Both the position numbers and the translations under genes were made by a program. The notes beneath the pieces are model-generated. The model worked only from the letters and a program-made list of their open reading frames with translations. It had not been told where the DNA came from and did not search any database. 64,000 nt of DNA from Rhizodiscina lignyota (lineage: Eukaryota). Position 1 is the first letter of the stretch. Each line of letters starts with the position of its first letter. Below are positions 36,997 to 51,161 of this stretch, piece after piece. The stretch spans positions 2,452,453 through 2,516,452 of the forward strand of contig ML978122.1 in NCBI GenBank assembly GCA_010015805.1, in the 5' to 3' direction.

Positions 36997-39900
36997 ATGG
37001 ATAAAACAATGGCACTCGAATTGGAGGATGGAACACTCTTTAAGGGTGTCAGCTTCGGTGCTCAGCGGAGTATTTCTGGAGAATTGGTCTTCCAGACGGG
37101 CATGGTTGGTTATCCAGAGTCTATAACGGACCCTTCATACCGCGGGCAACTGCTCGTCGTCACATTTCCGCTCGCGGGAAACTATGGTGTCCCTCCTCGA
37201 GAGCATATGGATGAGCTCCTTAAGGATATCCCTGCGTACTTCGAGAGTTCTGAGATACACATCGCCGGTCTGATAGTTGCGTCGTACTCTGGGGAGGACT
37301 ATTCGCATCATCTGGCGAACAGCAGCTTGGGGACATGGCTGAGAGAACAAGACATCCCAGCAGTGTACGGTGTTGATACAAGAGCACTAACAAAACGCAT
37401 ACGAGAAAAGGGTAGCATGCTGGGAAGGCTCCTCTTACCAAGAACAATAAGCAATGGCCTGGAAGTGCCACACTTGAATGGAGAAATGGCGAATGGGATG
37501 CGTACACCGAACGGCTACAATGTCGGCCATTGGAAGGAAGACTTTGAGCGAACACCATGGGTAGATCCTAATACGAAGAATCTCGTGGCTGAGGGTAAGT
37601 TGCGGTTACCCTTTGTAACCATGCCATTCAAGCTAACAGCAACAGTATCTATCAAAACTCCAAAGACGTTCCCTCCATCACCATCGACGGCGCTCAAACA
37701 CCCCTCAGGTCGTCCAGTGAAGATTGTTTGCGTCGATGTCGGCCTTAAGTACAACCAACTTCGATGTTTGGTCAAACGAGGTATCGAAGTCACAGTCGTC
37801 CCTTGGAACTATGACTTTCAGCAGCTCGAGTATGATGGATTGTTCATCTCTAACGGCCCTGGCGACCCTGCGATGATGACTGATACCGTGAAGCACATCT
37901 CAACCGCTTTGGCTGAGGCGAAGACACCCATATTTGGTATCTGTCTTGGCCATCAGCTCCTTGCTAGAGCAGCTGGCGCAGATACGCTCAAGATGAAATT
38001 CGGCAACCGCGGCCATAATATTCCTTGCACGAACCTTCTCTCCGGGCGTTGCTACATCACATCACAGAATCACGGCTACGCAGTCGACTCCAAGTCTCTG
38101 CAAGTAGGATGGGAGGAGCTTTTTGTCAACGCGAACGATGGCAGCAACGAAGGTATTCGACATACGAGCCGCCCATACTTCAGTGTACAATTTCATCCTG
38201 AGCACGCTCCTGGCCCTGAAGATACTGAGTTCTTATTTGATGTGTTTATCGATGCCATAAAGCGCTCATTGCAAGACTCATCTGCTCTATCGCAGCCTGT
38301 AATCTTCCCGGGTGGAACGACAGAAGAAAACAAGAAGCTTCATCCTCGCGTATCGGTCAAGAAGTGCCTCGTACTGGGTAGTGGAGGTCTGTCGATCGGC
38401 CAAGCCGGCGAATTCGACTACTCGGGCTCTCAAGCCATCAAGGCACTCAAAGAAGAAGGCATCTACACCGTTCTCATCAACCCAAATATTGCTACCATTC
38501 AAACATCGAAGGGACTTGCGGACAAAGTCTACTTTCTCCCAGTCACGCCCGAATTCGTGCGCAAGGTCATCAAGTATGAACGACCCGATGCTATATACGT
38601 TACCTTTGGTGGCCAGACCGCATTGCAAGTTGGCATTGAGCTAAGGAATGAGTTCGAAGCTCTTGGAGTGAAGGTGCTCGGTACACCAATCGATACGATC
38701 ATCACAACCGAAGACCGCGAAAAGTTTGCACGTAGTATGGAGTCCATTGGCGAGAAATGTGCGAAGTCAGCCTCTGCTTCGTCTGTCGAGGAGGCCAAAC
38801 ACGTCGTCAAGGATATTGGCTTTCCAGTCATTGTGCGTGCAGCCTATGCTCTTGGCGGTCTCGGAAGCGGTTTTGCTTCGAACGAACAAGAACTCCTGGC
38901 ATTGTGCAATGTCGCATTTGCCGCAAGCCCACAAGTGCTGATCGAACGCAGCATGAAGGGCTGGAAGGAGATCGAATATGAAGTCGTCAGAGATGCTCGA
39001 GACAACTGCATCACCGTGTGTAACATGGAGAATTTCGATCCTCTCGGTATTCATACTGGAGATTCGATCGTTGTCGCGCCATCACAGACTCTGTCGGATG
39101 AAGACTATAACATGCTGAGAACTACGGCAGTTAACGTTATCCGGCATCTTGGAGTGGTCGGCGAGTGCAACATCCAATATGCCCTGAATCCCGACAGCAA
39201 AGAGTATTGCATTATCGAGGTCAATGCCCGTTTGTCAAGATCTTCGGCGCTTGCCAGCAAAGCAACGGGATATCCGCTTGCATTTATCGCCGCGAAGTTG
39301 GGCCTTGGCATCCCTTTGAACGAAATTGCCAACAGCGTCACGAAAGTCACATGCGCATGTTTCGAACCATCTCTTGATTACGTCGTTGTCAAGATCCCAA
39401 GGTGGGATCTGAAGAAATTCCAACGTGTGTCAACTCTGCTCGGATCTAGCATGAAGAGCGTGGGAGAGGTTATGGCAATTGGTCGCACATTCGAGGAGGC
39501 AATCCAAAAAGCGATTCGCAGCGTGGACCCAAACAACCTCGGATACAATGAAACCGATGCACTCATGCAAATCGAAAGCGAGCTTCAGTTCCCGAGCGAC
39601 CAGCGAATGTTTGCTCTTGCCAACGCCATGCACAACGATCGTTACAGCGTTGATAAAATTTGGGAGCTAACTAAGATCGACAAATGGTTCCTGAAGAAGC
39701 TGAAGGGTCTGAGCGATTTTGGGACTCTTATGACCAAATACAGTGCCAAGACGATATCTTCCGATCTACTCAGGAAAGCGAAGAGTCTCGGGTTCTCAGA
39801 TCGTCAGCTGGCCAAATTCTGGAGCTCGACTGAACTCGAAGTCCGTCGCTCGCGTGTCGACGCCGGCATCACACCTGTAGTGAAGCAGATCGATACTGTG

Positions 39901-42638
39901 GCTGCAGAATTCCCAGCTTACACCAACTACCTATACCTCACATACAACGGGAGCGAGCACGATGTCGACTTTACCGACAGAGGTATCATGGTCCTAGGCT
40001 CTGGTGTTTATCGTATCGGCAGCTCAGTCGAGTTTGATTGGTGCTCGGTTCGCGCAATTCGCACTCTACGAGAGCAAGGCTTCAAGACGGTCATGGTCAA
40101 CTATAATCCAGAGACTGTATCGACAGATTACGACGAAGCCGACAAGCTCTACTTCGAGAACATCACGCTCGAGGTTGTGATGGACATTTACCAACTCGAG
40201 AATAGCCAAGGCGTGATCCTTAGCATGGGTGGGCAAACACCGAACAACATCTCCTTGCCTTTGTATCGTTTGGACGTGCGTATCTTGGGCACGAGCCCAG
40301 AAATGATTGATACTGCCGAAAATCGATACAAATTCAGCCGCATGCTGGACCGAATCGGTGTCGACCAACCACAGTGGAAAGAGCTCACCAACATCGAAGA
40401 AGCAAGGGAGTTCTGCAACAAGGTCTCATATCCCGTATTGGTACGACCAAGCTATGTGCTCAGTGGTGCTGCAATGAACACTGTTTACTCTGAGCCCGAT
40501 TTGGCGAACTATCTGGCTCGCGCGACCGAAGTTAGCAGGGATCATCCTGTCGTCATTACGAAGTACATCGAGAACGCAAAGGAGATCGAAATGGATGCCG
40601 TAGCTCGCAATGGCAAAATGATCGGTCACTTCATCAGTGAGCACGTGGAGAACGCAGGGGTGCATTCGGGTGATGCGACGCTCATTCTGCCGCCCCAGGA
40701 TCTGGATCCAGAGACCGTACGGAAGATCGAGGATGCCACGAGAAAGATCGGTAACGCACTGAATGTTACCGGTCCTTTCAACATTCAATTTATCGCGAAG
40801 GACAACGAAGTCAGGGTCATCGAGTGCAATGTCCGAGCCAGTCGGAGCTTTCCGTTCGTTAGCAAGGTCATGGGCGTGGATCTTATCGAAATGGCGACAA
40901 AAGCAATGGCTGGACTGCCTCTCATGGAGTATCCACCTGTCACCATTCCACCAGACTACGTCGGCGTTAAGGTCCCTCAATTCTCATTCTCGAGACTGAG
41001 TGGTGCGGACCCAGTGCTTGGTGTTGAAATGGCTTCCACAGGAGAGGTCGCATGCTTTGGTCGAACGAAGTTCGAAGCCTACATTAAGGCCCTAATCAGC
41101 ACGGGCTTCAAGCTTCCGAGGAAGAACATCTTGCTCAGTATTGGTAGCTTCAAGGATAAGCTAGAGATGTTGCCGAGCATTGAGAGGCTGTACAAGATGG
41201 GATACAATCTCTTCGCGACCGCTGGTACGGCCGATTACATCCAGGAGCATGGGATCCCTTGCAAATTCCTCGAGTCTCTTGGAGGTGGTGATGACCTGAT
41301 ACAAAAAGCCGAGTACAACTTGACGCAACATTTGTCGAATAACCTGATTGATCTGTACATCAATCTCCCGTCGAACAACCGGTACAGGCGTCCAGCAAAC
41401 TATATGAGCAGAGGCTACAAGACGCGACGTATGGCTGTCGACTATCAGATCCCGCTGGTTACAAATGTCAAGAACGCGAAGATCCTCATCGAGGCACTAT
41501 TGCGACAATATGATCTGGAAGTCAGTAAAGTCGACTATCAGACCTTCTCCGATGCTCCGCATTCGGCAGTTGAAGACCCGATGTCTCTCTCTTCACAGCT
41601 CTTCCGAGTGGTTGGCCAAGGCAACTCGCTTGCACAGCTTCTTGCCAAGTCGCCTTTCAAGCGCAAGCATATTCTCAGTGTATCTCAGTTCGGCAGAGCA
41701 GATTTGCACCACCTTTTCACGGTCGCCACGGAAATGCGGATTGCTACCGAACGGGACGGCGGCTGCCTTGACCTCCTTCGTGGCAAGGTGCTCTGTACGA
41801 TGTTCTACGAGCCTTCCACGCGTACGTCTGCATCGTTTGATACAGCAATGAAGAGACTCGGAGGTAACACTGTCGTCATTACCGAAGCCCACAGCTCGAC
41901 AGTCAAAGGTGAAAGCCTAGCCGACAGTATTCGAACACTAGGTTGCTATGGTGATGCCATCGTACTTCGTCATCCTGAGGATGATAGCGTGCATACAGCG
42001 GCCAAGTTCAGTAGTGTCCCCATCCTCAACGCCGGCAATGGCGCAAAAGAGCATCCAACTCAGGCTTTCCTCGACCTGTTCACTATCCGCGAAGAACTTG
42101 GTACCGTCAACGGCCTTACAATCACCTTTGTCGGCGATCTCAAATATGGCCGCACGGTGCACAGCCTCGTCGAGCTACTTAGCCATTACTCCGTGAACAT
42201 CCAACTCGTGTCGCTGCCGACGCTGTCGATGCCGAACCGTATTCGCACATCGCTGGTGAAGCGGGGCCAACTGGCGCTCGAAAGCGAAGAGCTCACACCC
42301 GATATTGTGGCGCACAGCGACGTGCTGTACTGCACGAGAGTACAAAAGGAGCGTTTCGAGGACCTTGCGGTGTACGAAGAATGCAAGGATCGATTGGTGG
42401 TGGATAACAGTGTGCTGAAGCACGCGAAGAGCAAGATGGTGGTTATGCATCCGCTACCGAGGAATCGGGAGGTTAGCGAGGAGGTGGACTTTGATCCGAG
42501 GGCAGCGTATTTCAGACAGGTGCGTCATAACCGTTAATTTTTTCTGCATTTTGGGATCGACATGGCTAACGAACTGGACAGATGAGATACGGCTTGTACA
42601 CGCGCATGGCCTTGCTAGCACTCGTGCTTGCGCCGTGA
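36997..42638 (+). CDS. URA2: Pyrimidine-specific multifunctional GATase-CPSase-ATCase
   Basis: [22 protein letters not shown], two ATP-grasp halves, MGS-like domain, [21 protein letters not shown]; introns 37595-37645 and 42520-42581. Confidence 0.97.
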
Positions 42639-43395
42639 GACTCACGTATAGCGGACGAGACATAGAGAAAACGAAGAGTTATGAGAAACCAGATTGCTAT
42701 ATCGGTCGTTTGTCTTGGGATTTCTTTAACAGCATTCATCCAGAAAAAAAAAAACCTCTACGTCGGTTTTATAGAACAGCATTAGCATAGATGACCGTGT
42801 CACGCGTTATGTTTAATTGTGCATGATGTATACTATGAGAGCATTAGCGTTGGCGTACTTTGTTTTGTGTATGCGTTTATGTTTTATGGATGTACGAATG
42901 ATTTCTATGATTGTTTCGGTGAGGCGGGGAATGTGTGGTTGGATTGTATACTATTTTGGGATCCTCGAGGATGACCAACAATTTGAAGCGCGTCTACCAA
43001 CGATATCATCAGCTTTTACCGATGGAGACTGTTTTGAAACAGCCAAAGACTCATCTGAGAAATGAAAAAAAAAAACTTTTCATTAGCGTCCTGTAATCAT
43101 CTTAGAGCTGCACAAATAGATCTATTTTGGATAGTCTTGGAAGGGGCCCAAAGAAAGGCAGCCACAACTTGTATCACATTTTAAATACTTATATATTTAT
43201 ACCGCTGAACTGTAGTTATTGGAGGCTAAACTGTACTTCGAGCACTCGGGCGACATAGAGCTGAAGCAGAGTCCTGCTGGGTGCCGACTTGTTGGCTGCA
43301 AGGGAATATACATTGGAGAAGTCTGAGACCGCAACTGAGCGAAGAAACTGAGAGTACGTTGATGGGTTATTATTCCGATAACGTGGGTATAGGGT

Positions 43396-44250
43396 TCATG
43401 ATGAGTGATGGATGCATCTTGACCAAGCTGTACGAAGAGTCAGTTTCAGGATTTCCTCAATGACTATTGCCTCAGCTTACCTGGCAAACCACACCCGAAT
43501 CCAACAAACAAATAGACCAAGAAGATAACGACCACCACCAAAAGCGCCATGAGTCGGACATTCTTCCACCACATTTGCCTCCTCAAGCCCCTGCTCCTCA
43601 CCCTGAAGTCCCTCGCACTCCCACCCAACCGATCCGTCTTGTCAACCAGTAGATCTATCCTCTCCCCTCTTTCTAGGACCCTCTCGATGTTCTCTGTCAT
43701 GATCTCCCTCACACCATCCATCTCCCGCTGCACATTCCGAATCGCATCATCCTGTCCCTCCGGCGTGCTCTGCTTCGCCATCAACCCTTTCAGCGGGCCA
43801 TTGAAACTGGCCGCTCCGTATGCCGGCAGCGCTCCAAAGTCGGTGCTCTCAGGCGGGAACTGCTCAAGGAACTTCTGTTTTGTCTCGACGAGGAAACCGA
43901 ATGGGATGCGGCGTCCTAGAGCAGAGTTTGCGATGACGAGGTATGTGAGGCCGCCGGCGGACTTTGAGTCTGAGGAGTACTCGGACGGTGCGGATGCGAT
44001 GTAATGGATGAAGTAGTTGCCATGCGTGTACGTGAGCTTTTGTGGAGTGGTGTGACCGATTTTGGGAAGGATGAGAGAGGCGAGAGAGGAGGTTTGACTG
44101 CTGGCAGAGGCGGTGTGCTCGGTTAGGATTGTGGTATTGTATGCGATGCAGGAGCTGGAATGACGGTTAGTACATGCGGAGAGATCATGAAGGCATTAGC
44201 GACGAGGACGCGTACTAGAGAAGTGGAGTTGACGAAGACGAAGACGCCAT
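43396..44250 (-). CDS. NYV1: Longin R-SNARE (VAMP7/Nyv1)
   Basis: Longin region, MTENIERVLERGERIDLLVDKTDRL SNARE motif, C-terminal TM; two introns. Confidence 0.88.
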
Positions 44251-45458
44251 GTTGGCGGGATTTGGAAATTGGACTCTCTCTGATAGATTCAGATATCGTC
44301 AGAGTTCACGGAGTTATAGGTTTTAAAAGTAAAAGACAATGAACGTGTAGGAAGGATTGATGGAAGTCGTTGGCAGGCAGGCGGCGTTTCATGCTCGCGC
44401 CAGGAACGATGAAGTCACTGTCACTCCCCAAGCCTTCGGCGAATTGTTTTTCCGAATCCGCAGTTGGATTGACGCCGAAGGAGCTGCCCCGGCTGGAGAG
44501 CGTCCCTGATGTGCATGCACATTCGCATTCACCAGATACTAACACATATATAAAAACATCAAAGTTCTCTCTGCCACGAATAGGCGTAGTGGCGTACTTG
44601 GGGCATCGGTTCCTCCGCTCGCACCTCCTTCAACCCTGGGATACCCAATCACGGGCCAGGTTTGCGGGTTCGAGAAGTTTAGGGCATCCCATTGTTGGTT
44701 GGCTCGGCCCTTTACTTTTGCTATTTCTTTTTCATGTATAGATCTTATTTTTAAAAATTGGTTCTGATACCTAAATAATTTCTTTTGTTTCTTTTTGTTG
44801 GGTGGTTAACAACGTGGTGGGCGACCAACCTCAAGAACAAAGCGGGAACTAAGACACCTGATACATAACACACAGCATCGCCTCAGACTTTAGAGACAGA
44901 CTGCGTGCAGCGTTGGTGCGGGGCGCTAGAAATTGAGTACATACGGTACTGTGATAAAGTCTGGCAAGTTTTAATATCTCCCGGTGCTTAGAACGGATTG
45001 GACTCTGTGGATATAGTCGTGCAAAAACTTTGAGCATGTTTCCATATACCACAATCTTGGGTCGACATGGGATTCATAACCATCGGAGACGAGGCTCTGC
45101 CAAATTCACGAAATCCTCAGACCTTGGAACAACTTCAACTCTACCAACATCTTTCTTTCACTAAGACGAAGAGTATCTATGGCCTTCACCTCTTCTCGGC
45201 TTTGTTTCATTACAAAAGAGTTGTGCCTTTCAAAACTATTACACAGCAAACAAGGAAGGAATGCTGTCTTTGAGGCGCCACACCACAATTCTCTTTATTT
45301 CTTTCTTGATATGACGATTATGAGCTTCCCACAAATTTCACCATGTATTGGGCTAATTCACGTAATTCCGGAACAAGAGTAAGGATCTTCTTAGAAATTT
45401 GACCAACTGGCCGGTTTGGCAATCACATCTTCCAACTTTATTTCTGCTTGCTGTCGCA

Positions 45459-46056
45459 ATGCATTACATCTTCAGCTTTATCGCTGCCATTGCAGCATTT
45501 CAATGCATCTCCGCAGCGCCTCTCGATTTAGACGTTGCCACGAGCATTGTAAAGAACAGCACTCTGCTCGAAGAACGAGGAGATGTAGTTGGATCATTAG
45601 TAAGACCCTCCGCCCTTCTATCCAAGTCTACCCGACCGTACACTAACATAATCACAGACATATTACTGCCAGGGTGAAAAATGGAAAAACTGCATCCCAG
45701 ACTGGATCCCCTTCGAGCACTGCCGCGTTGTCCATGCACGAGGTTACTTCGAGAACCTTGGTTCCTTCCGTCCTGACCAACCGTCTGTTTGTATGCTCTT
45801 CACCAACGCCCACTGCTGGTGGCAACCAGGCAACGGGAAAAACAAGATACTGTATTGGCCAGGCAGTGGCAACCTCGACGCTCTTGGGATGCGTGGTACA
45901 CAAAGCATCGTCTGCGGTGCAAAGGGCTCCCAGTTTGACAAGGACCTGAAGGCCAAGCCCAACCAGTTACAGCCAGGACACTGGTACTCGCATCACCCGT
46001 CTTCAGTCCGCCCCCTCGCGCCGTGGGGAAATGTGAAACAACCCTCCAGGTCATAA
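45459..46056 (+). CDS. Small secreted Cys-rich protein, beta/gamma-crystallin/killer-toxin-like
   Basis: Signal peptide MHYIFSFIAAIAAFQCISA, LEER propeptide end, intron 45600-45657; mature part YC..C..C..GSFRPD..CMLF..C..WPGSGNL..SIVC. Confidence 0.7.
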
Positions 46057-47009
46057 GTAGCACGACCACCAATTGTAGCAACTGGGGCCGGAAGATCGAT
46101 TGGATCAGACATTCTTGGATAATAAGAATTTGGCCGCGGTATTCGCGTTCGAGGGTGATGAAACAGTTTTCCGTAGGGCAAACGGTAAGACTGAGGCGAG
46201 CAGTTCTTCCACATCTAATTAAGCGGGATGGTCTCTGAAACATTAGTTCTATGTTCGGTGGAGCATATAAAACACAGAATCATACTTTTAAAACTTTGTC
46301 CTACATTGATTACAGAGGCTATACATCATATCTGTGCGGTATTTCGAAAGCTGCCGCTAACCTTCTTGTCACCCTCAAGTTAGGTCGTGTAAGTGTTCAA
46401 ACACATAGAGCCTTTAGAAGCCTAGCCATCGATCTTGCGATGCGTGCGTAGCGCGGATGAAAGAACACAGGTTTCGAGGGAGTTTAGCAAAATTGAACAT
46501 TCTAATATGCATCCCTGGGTCACGATCCACCTCTCAGGGCGAGCCCGATCTTAGGTACTTTGTCTTTAGAGCAGTCTTGACTTCGCATGTATATTGCAAC
46601 TAACTTGGTTCTTTTTGAGTTCGGCGGTTTGACCATCCCCGGACTCTTGGGACGTTTCCTAACTGCAAATTACGCTGGCATCGCCGCCTTCGTTCCTCAA
46701 GTCACACGGCATCTATCTTAGGATAGCGCAGATGCGCCACAATTATTGGCAGCTGAAAACCCGCCTACCCCCCAACCTCGCTCAGAAGGCAGCTTTAGTG
46801 TCCACTTTCGCTCATCATCTCGAAATTCGTTTTTGAGGTTTGAATCATTTCAGTAAGATACTGTGTCTGACGTCAAATTTCATTCCCACCTGAATAGAGA
46901 AGACCAGGGAGCTGGTTTTGACACAACGGCTGATAATGAGACACTCCAAGCCTTGCGTGCGTCGGACTCATTCCTTGAGCTAAGAAGTCGACAATTTGCG
47001 GCCACGAAA

Positions 47010-48859
47010 ATGACAGCGGCACTCAGAGAATGGGAGCAGCATATGAAGCGAGGGCGGCAGCATGTTGAACACGCCGAGTTGGAAGATGCACTGAAATCAT
47101 ATAACACCGCACTCCATATTTGTGAGTCTGTTACAGATTTTCCGAACGCGACACATTGCAGGCGTTTAGTCCTCAATGGACTTGGCCGCACCATCCGACG
47201 ACTTGGAAAATATGCTCAAGCAGTGGACCTTCTGAACGAAGGGCTCGCGGGCCTTGACCTATGCCCCGATCTCGTTGAGATGAGTTTGGAGCTAGCAGAG
47301 ATATATCTATATCAAAACCAAATAGAGGATGCAAAATACCTTTTGGAAAAGTCATGCGAGACGGCTAAACACCTACAATATGAAGAAGGGCTATGCCGAG
47401 CTATTGGAAATCTAGGCAAGGTCAACTACGAATTGTCGCAACGGAATCACGACCCTAAATTGTTGGAGGAAGGAATCCAACAACTTTTGGAACGCATTCA
47501 GTACGCACGCAATATTCGACAGACCAACGAGGCCACGAGGCCAGATCCAGCTGCAGAAGAGCGGTACCTTGAGATGATTCGTTTGGAGTCCACCGGAATG
47601 TCGCGCCTCTCGCGCTGCTACTCAGTTCGCGGAGACAAAGAGAAGGCTTTACTTACGGCGTCAGATGCTTTGAAGCTAATAGCGGGCTCGCCGAACATTC
47701 ATTCAGCAGCCATGTCACATCTTTTCTACGGACTTGCGTTGCAGCGGAATGGGCAAGCTGAGGAGGCCTTGAAACATTTCAACCCAGCTATCAGTTGTAC
47801 GCCGGCTCTTGCGTTGTGTCACGAGCCTTCTAAGGAGCATCGCGAGTATTTGAAGGAGCTAGTAGATGCAGGTGCAGATATGGATCGCCTTGATAAGAAT
47901 GGATACAGTGCATTGGACTACGCCGTCTTCAGCGGCGACGTGGACTTCGAGAAACTCGTGTTGGATGGAATGCACCGGAATGCGGAGCGCAGAATCAACG
48001 AACTGTACAATGAGGCTAAGCTACGCAAATTGCTTCGTGTGTTATTCCAAGAGAAAGTTCGACCGCTACTTCAACGAAGCAGGGACGGCAACACGCTGCA
48101 GAATGTGAGGCGGATGTATGCAGACGAGCTTGCAGGAAATGATGAGAAGAATCCCAACCTTGATGGCTTAAAATTCGTACGGTATTTCGACTTTAAGAGC
48201 CTAGGCAGACTTCCTACATATAGTGACGATCTGACAAACCCATGGACACCGAAGCCAGTAGATATCGGAGTCGAGAGTGGCGATGTGGCTGACTTCTTGA
48301 TCTTCTTCTCGTATAAATGGATGAATAGAGAGGGATTGGGAACTGGACAGTCGCCTGATGATGATTCCAATACGCAGTATTTTCGCATGGTAAATGCAGT
48401 GGAGAACTTCCTGCAACGTCATCCAGATATACAAGAGGAAAGACTGGGAATTTGGGTGGTGAGTCAGTGAATGGCAAGTTACTAATGAAAGAGGAGCTAA
48501 CATGTTTATAGGACTTTGCTTGCATCAATCAGAGGAACCCGGCGCCTGGTGTTTCTGCTCTTCCGATTATCGTTGCTCAGTGCGACGCGGTAATTAGCCT
48601 CGTCGATGCGGAGTACTACGATCGTGCTTGGTGCTGTGTGGAAGTCCTGATTATTCAGGCATTGAAGAGATCCTATAGTCGACATTACTATTGGTTTGAA
48701 TACGTCGAAGCGCAGGGATATTCGGAAGAAAAGGCTGTCGGAGTGCTTCGAGAAGGACGGGGGGATCTGGCGATTGGCGTCGCGGGCAAACATTTGACTT
48801 TCGAGGAAGATCGGCGCAAGGTGTTATTCCTCGAAAGACAGAGCAAGCTTCTCGGTTAG
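47010..48859 (+). CDS. TPR-ankyrin-HET-like domain protein
   Basis: TPR-like helices; GADMDRLDKNGYSALDYA ankyrin; FFSYKW..IWV|DFACINQ..YYDRAWCCVE; intron 48459-48511. Confidence 0.8.
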
Positions 48860-49228
48860 ATATTAAATGCTAGAGGCTATCAAAAGAGCAGGAAGAGGTA
48901 GGAAAGGAGCTTCGGTAGGGTAATTTGAATGGTACGACAGTACAAGCTGTCGAGGCCGCTAAAGTCACATTCTCATACGAACATTAGACCAAATCCTCCT
49001 TCTAGCTGCTGTCAAATGCTCCGAATGTCAAGTACTAACATTGTGAAGTCTGCGGAATAGCGATATATTAACTATATCTTTATAGACTTGTGGGGGAGAG
49101 ACATTAAGGTCTAAACCAAAAATTTGGCTCGTGACAGGGGGTGGCTCGCGACCCAGGGATGGGCATTAGAAATGTTGTTGACCACCGCCAGCGAAAGTCT
49201 TCCGGGGACTATTATACATATTGAGTTT

Positions 49229-51161
49229 CTATGCATGAGGGTGATTCGACGGCTTTGGAATCGGCTCGACTCCATCGACTGGTTCAACTACAGCGTCTTC
49301 AGCATCCCGCACCACCGCCACTCCTTCATTAGCATCTTCTTCTTCGTCTTTGCTCTTATCATTCGGTCCTCTCCAGCCCGTGCCCGCTTGCGCCAAGATA
49401 AATACTGCAGCCAAGCCAGCTGCCGATGCGAATAGCCCTCTAATCGCACTCACATAACCTGTCACAGCAACCGCCTTTTCTACGCCGGTCAATTGTTTTA
49501 CAAGAGCCGGACTACCCAATAATTTTCGGATTAACGGTCCTTCACCCGTTAGTCCCTCTTTCGCAAATCCGTCTTCCAATGTAGCACGTAGAATACGGCT
49601 AAAGACGCCCCCGCCAATGGCAGACCCAAAAGAACCAGCGAAGCCCCGGAAGGTCGCAAGTAGTGCGCTGACGATGAAGTGACTTTCAGGGAGGGTGAGA
49701 TGTAGGACATGTGCGAGCGTATAGTTGAGAGCAGCGCCGACAGTGAGGCCGTTCGCGAACGTTGCGAGAACGTAAACTGCTGGGTGAATGGAGGGAGTTG
49801 AGGCAAGAGATAGAATCAATAACGTTATTGGGAAAAGAACAAATGTCACGACGCAGGCACTTCACATGTCAGTACGATTGCAGTTTCAGTAGGGTTGTAC
49901 ACGTACGCGTAAAAGCTGCCAGCTCTGCGGATGTGGATCCAGCCCACGACGAGACCGCCGAGCGCGAAGCCACCGTTGGTTGGGATGAGGATTGTCCCCG
50001 CCGTCGCCGGAGACCAGCCGCGAACGGCAATTGAATACACAGGGGTATAAAAGAGGACGCACCACCGGCACATCATGAAACCAGCCGTTGCGAGACACGA
50101 AAGCAAAACGCCACGTGATTTCAAGACAATGACTGGTATGATCGGATCCTTTGCGATGTAGATTTCGTTGAGGACGAAGAGTGGTAGTAAGATGAGCGAG
50201 ATGATAATGGGTATAACGAGGATCTTTGAAGCCGACAACCCGATCAAGAGGAATGTGATACCGCCAATCTAATGATGTTAGTTGCTGGGAGTACCCTGAG
50301 TGGGAATGGATATAATCTTACCAATGCGAGAGCGCCGACATAATCTAATCTCAATAGTTTTCTTGCTAGTGGAATAGACTCTTTTCCAGAGCTCTTGTTT
50401 TTTGAAAAAGCCTTTGGAATGGCAAACAGAAGCACGAAGCCTGCTACAAAAGTAAATGGCGCCTGTATCCAAAATACGAATCTCTGTAAAAGGTTGTCAG
50501 CGCTTTCGCGATCTGCAAAGAATGGCAGACATACCCATCCAGTAAGGGGCAATAAGGCTCCGGCCACGATTGCGCCAAGGGCAACACCAACCGTGTAGCC
50601 ACTATTAAGCATTCCAATTAAAAGCCCTCTCTTCTCTGTCGACGCTAATTGCAACACAATGATGATTGCAACAGAGAATACACCCGCTCCTCCTATTCCT
50701 TGTACTGCCCGTCCGACAATGAACTCCTTAAACGATCTAGCAAATGCAGCAATCAACGAACCAACTGCAAAGAAAATGGTTGCGTAGAATATACATCGCC
50801 GGGGTGAGAAAGTAGCGCTCAGACGCCCCATTATGGGAGCAAAACTGGACATGGATACGAGATATGCCGATGTGAACCAGGTCACTTCTTCATAAGCGTC
50901 GAGATCAGCGGCAATTGATGATTGAATTGTCGTGATCATGGACATGTTGGTGGCTTGGAAAAAGATCAGAACTCCGGTTGCAATGGTGATTGCAATACCG
51001 CGTATGACGCCGATGCCATTATCAACAGCGGAAGTACCCTTGCCGGCCGCGGTATCAGGAGGAGCTGGTGCTACAGTGCCATTCGAATCTGGCTTTGCGC
51101 TCGAACGTGATGAGGCCAGCAACGGCGTCTGTTCTCCCGCAGCGCTCGAGTCGTCAGGCAT
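49229..51161 (-). CDS. MFS transporter (DHA2/Vba-like)
   Basis: N-terminal EQTPLL dileucine signal, WFTSAYL, GRAVQGIGGAG; three introns. Confidence 0.87.

Noticed and set aside
37595..37645. Apparent 17-aa insertion in URA2 (and similar in both MFS ORFs)
   Set aside because: In-frame stop-free introns with canonical donor, branch and acceptor
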